A DNA stretch of 33,570 nucleotides from Octopus bimaculoides (taxonomy: Eukaryota). The stretch is taken from assembly GCF_001194135.2 (NCBI RefSeq), contig NC_068981.1, positions 61,630,920 to 61,664,489 on the forward strand, given 5' to 3'. Positions 23,151-33,570 of this stretch are shown in pieces (position 1 is the stretch's first letter; each line of letters opens with the position of its first letter). The notes under the pieces are model-generated. The model did no database searches. It was not told where the DNA came from and was given only the letters and a program-made list of their open reading frames with translations. The translations under genes and the position numbers were made by a program.

Positions 23151-23404
23151 CTATATACACATATACACGGCAGCATGTATATGTATACATGCCAATGTAT
23201 CTCTATATTTAATCTTATAGTCATACAATCCCATATATATATACATACACACATATATATATATATACACGTATATGCATATGTATACATGTATATATGT
23301 GTGCGTGCGCGTACATATAAATATTATATGTACGCGCACGCGTGAATTCCGAGGCCATATGTATGTATATGTGTGTATATGTGTGTATGATGTACACACG
23401 CACA
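23151..23404. repeat. Compound (TA)/(CA)/(TG)/(TATG) microsatellite with an embedded 20-bp non-repeat insert
   Basis: Directly visible. Confidence 0.9.
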
Positions 23405-23764
23405 CACTGGGAAATATGTGAATTATATTTAGATACTTATGTGTTGTTTCAATTTAAACGCAATATCTTAAAGCTGTTGTATCTCCGAGGAAACCGCTTG
23501 GAACAAGAAGAAATGATGTTGAAATTCATTAAACGCAATGTACATATCTACAACGTTGAGCTTATCCAGTTCTTCTTATTGTGCATTGAAACGCAGATCT
23601 GACTGAAATCTACTTACTTATTATTAAAATATAGGCATTCCTTGCAACATTCAATTAATCAGTCTCTTCTTTATAGCTATTTACTACTAACGACTTCGGA
23701 CTGCCATAGATGTTAATGCTTTAATGTATAAGTGTGTTGCTGCTTTGAGAACGATTTTAATAAG

Positions 23765-23885
23765 CAAGGCCAGCACTTTCGGGGGAAAGGTAAGTCGATT
23801 ACGTTCACCCCATTGTTCAACTGCTACTTATTTTCTCGACGCAGAAAAGATGAAAGGCAAAGTTGTCATGGAACTTGAACTCGGA
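23765..23885 (-). mobile_element. Degenerate SINE core fragment
   Basis: Reverse complement contains actttgcctttcatcttttctgcgtcgagaaaataagtagcagttgaaca..gtaatcgacttacc..gctggcctt. Confidence 0.7.
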
Positions 23886-24147
23886 GCGGGAATATGAACG
23901 AATTACCGCTATTAATTTTGCCCGGCCTGTTCGATACTGCCAGCTCGATGCCTTATGAGGGGATATAATATTCAACGTTCTGCTAAACCACAGACAGCAA
24001 TGCCATGTTTATGCCGTGGCCTAGACCTAAATGACACTGATAGAGATTCTATTGTATGCAAAGAATGGAAACATAAAATAAAACGTGATAATGAGTGAAA
24101 TATGTTCTTGTACGGACAAGCATGCGTAAATATATATAAAGAGTGTT

Positions 24148-24155
24148 AGTTAGAT

Positions 24156-24197
<42 letters not shown>

Positions 24198-24228
24198 TGA
24201 TTGATTGATAAAAAGATAGATAGATAGT

Positions 24229-24301
<73 letters not shown>

Positions 24302-24328
24302 TGATTGATAAAAAGATAGATAGATAGT

Positions 24329-24413
<85 letters not shown>
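24148..24413. repeat. (GATA)n microsatellite with an internal 100-bp higher-order duplication
   Basis: The variant block ttgattgataaaaagatagatagatagttag occurs at 24201 and 24301. Confidence 0.95.
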
Positions 24414-24414
<1 letters not shown>

Positions 24415-24500
24415 CTGCTGACGTCTTCCAGTCTTTGCCTATGAAATCCAATCAGGTAGATTCGGAGCTGCAGTAGCATCCACTTACAAACGTGAAAACT

Positions 24501-24725
24501 CATGTATGCCTGCATGTATGTATGTATGTATGTATATATGTATGTATGTATGTATGCATGCATGTATGTGTGTACGCATGTAAGTATGCTTGTGTGAGTG
24601 TGTGTATGTATGTGTGAGTGTATGCATGTATATATGTATGAATGTATGTATGTATGTATGTATGTATGTATGTATGTGTGAGTGTATGCATGTATATATG
24701 TATGAATGTATGTATGTATGTATGT
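24501..24725. repeat. (TATG)n compound microsatellite with a duplicated variant block
   Basis: tgtgtgagtgtatgcatgtatatatgtatgaatgtatg occurs twice (~24611 and ~24675). Confidence 0.93.
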
Positions 24726-25632
24726 GTCAAAGATGAGAAACCGCAGTTTTGTTTACATGAGGAAATTTTTATTTGAAAAGACCACATAAAACGCATAAAT
24801 ATTTAAATATTTAAAAGAAACCATTACACATGACAACTTGTGTTTTATAAATGTTTGATTCTTTTAGGTATTTGCTTTTTTTCTTCTGTCGTGTATACCA
24901 AATTCGAACTAGTTCTTTCTGAACAAAGAGGAAGCATAAATGTTTTCTTCAATATCCCAAGTATATTTTATCAATAGAAGAATTGTATTCATTCTACAGA
25001 GTCCGAAAATTATTAATATAGTTGTTATGAAGCGACTATTCTAAATATTTATCATAAGTAAAAGATAGGCAAGAATGAAACACCGAAGAACATCTGCTCA
25101 TATATATTTGAAGTATTTTCACATTACACGCAGCTGTTTTTCATACCCCAAGGAATTCACACACACACAAAAAAAATATATATATATATCGTGTATTCAA
25201 AGTGTTCTTTAATTTGTCATTTCTTCAGTATATTGATTCATTACTTTTTACGAGATGGTAACGAAATAATATTTCTATGAGTGGGTATTCACGAAACAGA
25301 TATATACTTCTTGAATTCAACTCTCTGCTTTAGGATCGTTTGTGTTGGCACCAAGGAATGATTCACTATGTCTCCTTTAGTACATATCGCTATAAAATCG
25401 ATAACGTTGTAAAGCATACGTTACATCATGGGTTAAATTCAGACGTTTGTGTCATTAAAGTTGTGCAGTATGAATAAAAAAGAAGGGAAGCATAAGATAC
25501 ACGTAAAAGAAACTGATATTCTATACATTAGTTCATATGTCTCTACGTGTGCAGGTGTGACTGTGACTATTTATGCGCACGTATGTCCGGACGAAGGTAT
25601 GTATGCATGCATGTGTATATATATGTATATAT

Positions 25633-25835
25633 NNNNNNNNNNNNNNNNNNNNNNNNNNNNNNNNNNNNNNNNNNNNNNNNNNNNNNNNNNNNNNNNNNNN
25701 NNNNNNNNNNNNNNNNNNNNNNNNNNNNNNNNNNNNNNNNNNNNNNNNNNNNNNNNNNNNNNNNNNNNNNNNNNNNNNNNNNNNNNNNNNNNNNNNNNNN
25801 NNNNNNNNNNNNNNNNNNNNNNNNNNNNNNNNNNN
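25633..25835. other. Assembly gap flanked by (TA)n
   Basis: N run. Confidence 0.99.
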
Positions 25836-25879
25836 TATATATATATATACATACAAACACATAGGCACAAACACACACT

Positions 25880-25915
<36 letters not shown>

Positions 25916-26490
25916 TTATATATAAGTGTATAGGTGTGCATATATTGTGTGAATATCAAAATGGGTGTATGAGTTGTAAAAATGACTTTTATATATGAAT
26001 TTATTTCGATATTCTTCAGCTTTTCTTTCGAGGATCGGCTACTTGTGGTTCGTTGTGAGAGTAATACATCTATTTCATTCAACCGTAAGTCTAAAAGACG
26101 TAACAAATACCCAGCATGAGGAAGGCAAACAAAAAAGTGTTATCGGTAAAGATATTCATCTATCAATTTCCGCTCGTTTTAAGCAATCATTCGATATTTT
26201 ATCACTCAAGATTATTGATTTGCAAGTTTCTCTTAATTCGGATCGAAAGTCTTTTTATGGAATAATTTATGTTTAACACAGAAATAATTGATTCGAGAAG
26301 AATACGTATTTTAGCTGCTTTTGAAGACAATAAACTCTTTATTTGATATCGAGGATATTTATTATTCATATATTTTTGACATAACCTTTACCTAAACCTT
26401 CCATATTCCTCACTCTTTCTCTCTCACTTTTTCTCTCTCTCACTCTTTCTCTCTCTCACTCTCTCTAATTATATATTTAAGTATGTATGT

Positions 26491-26527
<37 letters not shown>

Positions 26528-27041
26528 CAGTATTAATACGAAAAAGTAATGTTGATCTCCAACTTAACCGGAAAGTTCTTTTGAAAGAGAGAATAGTGCA
26601 TCATTTACCATGAGGGCATCTCTAATAATGCCTCGCAGTGCATTAAAGTATTCGTTTATTTTATTGTTGACAGAAAAGAAGCATCTGCTCCAGCCGCTGG
26701 AACTACCAAATCTTGTGATTTCTTCATGCTTTGGCTTCCTTAGTAACAGATGCCCGACAGTGGTGTAGTAGCCAAATCTCCTGTCAACGGTATATAGATC
26801 ATCAGTCTCTATTCAGTAACAGGCATCGCAAATAGCCGTAAGACTTTAAAATAATTGAAATTGTTATTAATTAAAAGTAATTAATAGCTACGAAATCGCT
26901 ATTATCACAATGAATTACTCTTGATGCTGCTTTTGTCCCAATTAGTATTTTTTAATAAGTACACTGGCTTTTTCATTCCATAGATACTAATATTTTATCA
27001 TATATTCATATCTTGTTTACTATGTGGAAATAGACCTCCGG

Positions 27042-27106
27042 TGACACACCCACACACACACACACACAAACACACACACATACACACACACACACACACA
27101 TACTCT

Positions 27107-27141
<35 letters not shown>

Positions 27142-27172
27142 GTGTATGCGTGTGTGTGTGTGTGTGTCTGTA
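27042..27172. repeat. (CA)n-(TA)n-(TG)n compound microsatellite forming the SINE tail
   Basis: Directly visible; CA and TG arms are inverted relative to each other. Confidence 0.92.
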
Positions 27173-27174
27173 TG

Positions 27175-27325
27175 TATAGGACGAGCTTCCTTCTGTTTCC
27201 GCCTACCAAATCCACTCACAAGGCCTTGGTTGGTCCGAGGCTTTAGTAGAAGTCACTTGCCCAAGATGCCACGCAGTGGGACTGAACCGGGGACCATATG
27301 GTTGGGAAGCAAGCCTCTTATCATA
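27175..27325 (-). mobile_element. tRNA-derived SINE (OR/OK-like, with a CORE-like segment)
   Basis: Minus strand has a tRNA-like head with B-box ggttcagtcc, then ggcatcttgggcaagtgacttctac (CORE/V-like), then a microsatellite tail. Confidence 0.8.
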
Positions 27326-27879
27326 GAGCTACTCCTATAAACACACACGCGCGCACACATACACGCATACACACACACACGCGCACACACACACGCACAC
27401 ACACACATATATGAGATCAATAATTTTATTACATCTTGAGAGAACGTGAAACAATACTTTATGGCATATTTGTTCTCGAAGTACATCACATAATAAATCA
27501 ATAAATGTTAGCATATCAATATTGGGCTGAAAAGTTTTGTTAGTTAAAGTCGAAGGCTGCGAGATGAATGCCATTTTAAATATTTGAAAGTTTTTGGGTA
27601 GGTGTCTTATATTTCGTGACTTTCTTTTTACACTGTTGAAAGAATAGCTAATTGCTTTCTAATTCGGTAAGTATCAAGCACCGTACCACCTTATTATCAA
27701 ACCTGATTTTCTCTGCAAATGGATTTTGGAAGATGTGTATTTTACTTCCAATGAACATTTCGTTCATTAATCGTGGAAGTCGTGCCTATTGCTCTGATGA
27801 TATCGCTGCCCTTACAAATCATCCGAGTTTTCCGTGGAGTGATAATTCAGCATCGTACAGTTGGCCAGATGGATCCTTA

Positions 27880-28515
27880 GGCCTCTCTAAATGAGAGAAC
27901 AGGTAACATAATGGTACTATGGAACACATTTGTCCTCAATCGTTTTGATACCTACTCCCAACAATAATCACAATACTGTAAAATAAACGGTGTAACTCGA
28001 AATAATCCAATGAATCTACACATAGAAGATTGTTTCAATCCGACTTGTCAGAAATTGAGAAAGTTAAGATTTGACTCCCTAGAAGGAAGTCAGGAAAGAT
28101 GCAGTGGTACAAATTCCAGAAGAACAGAAGAACTAGAACCAAACTTTGGGGTTGAGAATTACGCAAACTGCAGGACAGGGTGCCACTTCATAATATCAAA
28201 AATCTCGACATTACCATCAGGAACAGGACCAGATAATGCGATAGCTAGGCCCTCCTGGGCCCAATGCTCTTTATAATCTCTCCATAAATCTTGAGAAACA
28301 TGCATGGGGTAGATGTAGACGCCTGTAAAATAGAACTGAGTCTATACAACAAACTTCTGGCTGAACCTGCCTCGCGACAAGTAATGGAGCTGAGAGCTGC
28401 AGAATCAAACTTCCTCATTCACCAAATGCCACATACCACAGAAGGTTTCAAGTGGCGAAAGTTATCAAAGTTAACGGAAGTGCCCTAGCGTGCCCAGAGC
28501 TCTCAGGGTGATTCG
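27880..28515 (+). mobile_element. 3' end of a decayed CR1/L2-group LINE
   Basis: Reads VLWNTFVLNRFDTYSQ, QKLRKLRFDSLEGSQER, LEPNFGVENY, GPNAL.NLS..LRNMHGVDVD..K..L and RAAESNFLIHQMP, matching the post-RT RLK.L.LYSLERRRERY..LPNF..GP.LFN.LP region. Confidence 0.8.
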
Positions 28516-28539
28516 GCCGGCCCTTTCAACGGAATGTAC

Positions 28540-28630
28540 AAATCATTTTTGCCAGTTGACTGAACTGGAGCAACGTGAAATAAATTACCTTGCTCAAGAA
28601 TAACAACGTACCGCCGGGGATCGTATTCAG
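28540..28630 (-). mobile_element. Partial SINE head and body
   Basis: gactgaactggagcaacgtgaaataaattaccttgctcaagaataacaacg..ccggggatcg resembles a reversed tRNA-SINE with a ttgagcaagg body. Confidence 0.55.
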
Positions 28631-28632
28631 GA

Positions 28633-28637
28633 TATAT

Positions 28638-28718
<81 letters not shown>
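28633..28718. repeat. (CA)n(TA)n microsatellite
   Basis: Directly visible. Confidence 0.96.
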
Positions 28719-28719
<1 letters not shown>

Positions 28720-28832
28720 CTATGGTATATTCTGTTAAAAACGTAGTACGCCACCAAAAAAATAAATAAATAAAAAACGCGTCCACCATTAGACCTTTCA
28801 CTGTGCTATCCAGTACTAGTATTATACGAACT

Positions 28833-28860
28833 CCCAGGTTTGCGCCTGGGCTTCTGCTAG
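28833..28860 (+). mobile_element. Helitron-like 3' terminus: GC-rich hairpin followed by CTAG|T
   Basis: cccagg-tttgcg-cctggg (28833-28850), 6 nt, then CTAG (28857-28860) and T. No 5' end identified. Confidence 0.4.
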
Positions 28861-28881
28861 TTTGAAAAGATAATTAAACAT

Positions 28882-29600
28882 AATTGGAGACAACAAGGAG
28901 TACGGGTGTATATTTATTTTCAATTACTACAATTGTTTCTACGCAACGTAGTTCTACAGGTGTGCAGGTATGAGATCCAGTTATGTTTCCTCAGGCGATG
29001 TATAAATATTGTCTCTGTAAGTTCAAATTCTTGACTTCAAGAGCGTCCTCTCTGCCTGTCGTAGCCTGGAGTTAGTATTAGCCACTGAATTTATCAAAAG
29101 ATGTGTTGTAGCTGAAGGTCCGTTGGCAAACTTTTATTTTTCAATTGCATATATACCACTGGAAAAATTGGAGTCAACAAGGAGTACAGTTTGACATTTA
29201 CTTCTTAATAAGAATAGTTTTTCCACGTAACGTAGTTCTCCAGACGTGCAGGCGCTTGTTTATGTAACTGTTTCCCGCATTGTGAGATATGTTTGTGTTT
29301 CCTCATGCGATATGTAAATATTGCCTCCATAAGTTCAAAATCCTTGGATTCAAAAACATCCTCTCTCCCAGGGTGTGTTTTTTTCTGAAGCCACGACAGA
29401 CAAAGAATGTTCTAGAAGACGGGGATTTTGAACTTGCGGAGATAACATTTACATTCGCCTGAGAAAACACAACTAAATCTTATAATGCAGGGAAAAAAGT
29501 ACCTGCACGCATAGAGAACTACTTTGCGTGGAAACAATTGTAGTGATTGAAAAAAAAATTGACCAACCGTACTCATTCTTGCTGACTCCATTTTTTCAAT
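28882..29600. repeat. Three diverged copies of a ~200-bp repeat: 28882-29057 and 29166-29372 direct, 29423-29600 inverted; Penelope pseudo-LTR/hammerhead-like
   Basis: Shared blocks: aattggagtcaacaaggagtac, acaattgtttc, gtagttct..gtgcagg, tttcctcaggcgat and aagttcaaaatcc. Confidence 0.85.
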
Positions 29601-30024
29601 TACCTATTCACACATGACAAATGTCCAAACGCAATCCTTCAAGTACTACGATACTACTACTGCATAACTTAAAGTAAATCTGAAGTTGGACGATCTTTAT
29701 ATTATACTCTGCTACGTTCTTAACAGAATATACATAACTATATATATATATATACATACGAACATATAGTATACATTATATCAGTGTATATTGATTATCA
29801 TTTAATGCACACAGTATAAACGTAAGATCTACTAACAGGTTGTTGCTGTGATGACACGGGGCTTCTAACGTTATAAACTCTGCCTAGCCATATGTATTCA
29901 CAACAAGGTTATTGGTAGACATTATCTTCATACAGTATATATTAAATGTTGTTTATCGCTCACTGGAGTACTGTTTTTGTTTATCTTACCCGAACTGAAC
30001 AGCAAACTATATATTAGCTATATA

Positions 30025-30220
30025 NNNNNNNNNNNNNNNNNNNNNNNNNNNNNNNNNNNNNNNNNNNNNNNNNNNNNNNNNNNNNNNNNNNNNNNNNNNN
30101 NNNNNNNNNNNNNNNNNNNNNNNNNNNNNNNNNNNNNNNNNNNNNNNNNNNNNNNNNNNNNNNNNNNNNNNNNNNNNNNNNNNNNNNNNNNNNNNNNNNN
30201 NNNNNNNNNNNNNNNNNNNN
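30025..30220. other. Assembly gap flanked by TA repeats
   Basis: N run. Confidence 0.99.
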
Positions 30221-30619
30221 TATATATATATAGTTATATTCATATTCGAGTGTTACTTAGAATGAAATGTCTCTACAACCTTTCGAGCAACTTCAGTGTA
30301 CTTTACGTAAAATGCCATGTTGATTTATTTCTACAGCATATAACATTTTACTGAAATTTGTAAGAAGGTCGCTATCACTGTGATCTTATAAATCTAATCA
30401 TGTGACATTTAAAATCTACTACTTCATTTTTCTCATCTATCAGATATGTTGAAACTACACTTTGCATTGATTTTGTGTGTGTGCTTGTGTGCTTGGTTGT
30501 ATGTGTGCGTGGGTGTGCCTATGCGTGTGCAAGCTTGCATGCATGCATGTCTGTATGTATGTATGCTAACAGCTACTTCTTATCGGAGTAGTGTTATGTC
30601 TTTATTGAACATTGGTCGA

Positions 30620-31390
30620 CCATATTCATACAGATGGAGTTTTAGCTCAGCTTTCCTTCTGCAGGAACGTTCTCTGATGTGGCATTTATTCCTATTTTCA
30701 ATAAAAATTACTACGGTGCGCGTGGCAGTAGAACCAACTCTCATTGAGTTCAACTACTCGCTGTCTCATGTGACATTATACCACTGACAAACCCAGCACC
30801 TTAGAGAGAAATTGTCGACACATTACACCTCAATTCCTGCTGTGATTCTGCCTTCATTACACTTTCAGCTGACAAAGAGAAAGCTCCAGCATGTTCCCTT
30901 CGTTTTTATTCGACGACGCCATACTTGTAATTGATAATCTCACTCTCCATGAGATACTGATAACAGCACTAATATATAGATATCAGTTTTCAGATATTTA
31001 AAGCTGCCTTTTATGCCGTACATAAACGACTTCCGATTTTTACTTTCGCTTTTTCCCTCTGTTCAGCTCTCTGTCAAATTTCTCTTTTTGCAACCTGCTA
31101 TCTTTTATCCCGATGACCTGACAAGCGCAATGGATATGGTTCTAAATTCTCATTTTCTCAACACGGGAGCTGCCAGCTTTCTCAAATAAAGCAAATTATG
31201 TTGTGTAAGAGGACCTCTTTTATGTTCAGGATGCGCCGGGGATCCTGCAATTTGGCCGTGTTTCGCATTCCTATCTTACGGCTCTAAGGACACAGGCTTC
31301 ATATAAAGTGATTTTTGTATTTCTCAGGATACACCGATCTAACCAGACTCTCTACGCGGTTTACCCGAAAGCAATACAAGCTTTCGCAAA
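30620..31390 (+). mobile_element. Highly decayed CR1/L2/jockey-group LINE reverse transcriptase fragment
   Basis: Pieces in order: FPSAG..VAFIPIF, PFMPYINDF, DDLTSAMDMVLNSHFLN and ASYKVIFVFLR....LYAVY.KAI, consistent with RT domains and the post-RT region. Confidence 0.5.
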
Positions 31391-31790
31391 CCTTTTAGTT
31401 ATTTATTTATTTCAGCACCAGGTGTGCCACCTCAACTAAGTGTACTTCTAAGCTACGCAAAGTTGCCCATTTCTTGAAGAATTTAAGCTTCCACGATAGT
31501 GACAGTCACACCGTACACTTTTCTTACTAGTGGACTATACATAGCCTTTGTCATATTTTATGCTAGCACTTAGAACAAATATCGTGTATGGATTCGAGAA
31601 CTTGTCCAACGTATTGAATGAGCCACAGAATTTGGATCATAAGCATAAGGAATTCTCTGACAAGAATGCTAAACGTATTTGACTTTTTGAAACGGCTCAA
31701 ATTAAATATTTCGTTTTGGGATTTGGAAAATTTTAGGAAAATAAAAATAAGAAATAAGTGGAAATTTTACCGGTGTGTTAAATTTTAAGG

Positions 31791-31908
31791 NNNNNNNNNN
31801 NNNNNNNNNNNNNNNNNNNNNNNNNNNNNNNNNNNNNNNNNNNNNNNNNNNNNNNNNNNNNNNNNNNNNNNNNNNNNNNNNNNNNNNNNNNNNNNNNNNN
31901 NNNNNNNN
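31791..31908. other. Assembly gap
   Basis: N run. Confidence 0.99.
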
Positions 31909-33439
31909 ATATATATATGTAATGATATATAATGGTGTTTATATGTTTGCATTTATTTTGTATGAACTATGCAACCTCCTCTCTATTCGTCTGTAAAATT
32001 TTATTTATAACATTAGCAAATATATGCATCGTTAAATAAAATATTTTTTATGAGTTGATTGTTCTCCAAAGAACTCCTCCACCTTTTATTTTAATTATAT
32101 TTGTAATCATTCAGCTAAATCAAATTGCTTAGCTTCTTGATATGACTAACATATATTTATAATTAAACGCTATCTGTGACCCAGTTTATTTTTACTGAAA
32201 TCCTTCTTTTATTTCTTTTTTGTTGTTTTTTTTTTCAATTTGTCTTCCCCGATCGAAATATGTGGATATTCGAAATAACGGGCCAAACATATATCTCGAT
32301 CCCCAAAATTCCTATGTCTTACCAGTAGTTCGAATAATTGCCTCTGAGATCAGATTTCCAAATACTTCTTTTCCTATAGGACATTAAGTCTAATTTACGG
32401 AGTTAGTACAAAATTTAACTAGTTAATGTATTTGAATGAACACAATATTGTACCAGTGAAGAATTGTTCTAATATTTCTTAGGGAATGACAATATTCAGA
32501 TTATTGACTTACCACAAAACAATCAAATATTTCAGATTCTATACCAGCAAAGTTAAAGTAACGAATATAGGCAAAAGTAACGTAACCGATATATTAGACG
32601 GCAAGAGAATGAAGTACAGACGATTTCTATTTACTTGCAACTTTCCTACTTTCCCCATACAATATATATATATTATGCACATTGTGTCAAAGGCGAAGGT
32701 TACAAAATATTTTTTCTGAGTTGAGCAATTATTTAAACGATAATTATCGGGTAGTGTTACTTATCACTAGTTTAGTGCTGGAAAAACAGGGCTCTAAAAG
32801 AAAACACCTGAGAAAAGGCAATGGATTATTAATGCTTCAACTTTATGTTATTCATTGTATATGTCATTTCCATCTTTAAGACAGAGGTATGTAATTTGAA
32901 CGAGATTTGTAGACTCTTCTCAGTAGGTCGAAACACTACGTACAGCTTTTTCTTGTACTGTAATATACAAAAGTACAAAACTATCTTGAGAATAATAATT
33001 CTCCCACATATTATATTGGAGATCAGCAAAACATCTTATCCTATATCTTTTCATTACTCTCAAGTAAAATGCTACCCTATAATTCAAAACCTGATTATTT
33101 TTCACCAAAGATTTGACAATAAAGATAAGAAGATTACTTAAAAGTAGTACTGACATACATCTGAACATCTTCCTTTCTCTTTGAAGAAGTCCTGTAAAAT
33201 CTCTTTATCTCATATATCAAGATATCAGTTCCTCAATATCACAACACTTTATATAAAAGATATGCTGCTACTTATCCGTTGTTCAGTGTTTTACAAATCC
33301 TCTCCCGTAAACGTTTGAGCAAATTTATTTTTAAGCGTATCTGTCACTCTTATTCGGTCATTATTTATCTATTTGTATGAAAGATTCATTTGTGATACCA
33401 TTATTTGCTTATTATATCTTTACGCTCTGAGATCATATT

Positions 33440-33570
33440 CCAGCGAGGTCGACTTAGCTTTTCATCCTTTCGAGGTCGATAAATTAAGTAACAGTTTAGT
33501 ACTGTGGTCCATGTAATCGACTATCCCTCTCCCCAAATTTTCAGGCCTTGTGCCTATAATAGAAAGGATC
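33440..33570 (+). mobile_element. Well-preserved SINE core and 3' part running to the window edge
   Basis: gaggtcgacttagcttttcatcctttcgaggtcgataaattaagtaacagtttagtactgtggtccatgtaatcgact..ccccaaattttcaggccttgtgcctataatagaaagg; homologous to three or four other copies in this window. Confidence 0.85.

Noticed and set aside
26570-26850. Possible exon or pogo/Tigger remnant
   Set aside because: Stops in all frames after the acceptor-like site, and only vague similarity to pogo HTH regions.
27270-27325. tRNA gene
   Set aside because: The B-box-containing head belongs to a SINE; there is no cloverleaf or acceptor stem.

Overview
AT-rich eukaryotic DNA with no supportable intact protein-coding gene, tRNA, rRNA or CRISPR array. 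It reads as intronic or intergenic sequence packed with long microsatellites, five assembly gaps (mostly flanked by (TA)n) and decayed transposable elements. The SINE families and microsatellite density resemble octopus genomes (my recollection, not a database result). Recognisable fossils are: a DD41D (rosa/Visitor-type) Tc1/mariner transposase; two R4/Dong-type RLE LINE fragments; RTE and CR1/L2-group LINE fragments; a piggyBac end with its cysteine-rich domain; a ~3.2 kb two-LTR Ty3/Gypsy element lacking RT/RNase H; a mariner fossil; and several tRNA-derived SINEs. The most interesting non-coding structure is a cluster of three ~200 bp repeats at 28.9-29.6 kb (direct, direct, inverted). Their consensus spells a Penelope-type minimal hammerhead ribozyme, and a similar motif lies at 9.2 kb. 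I found nothing I can honestly call a new biological system. Most listed ORFs are microsatellite or N-gap artefacts.
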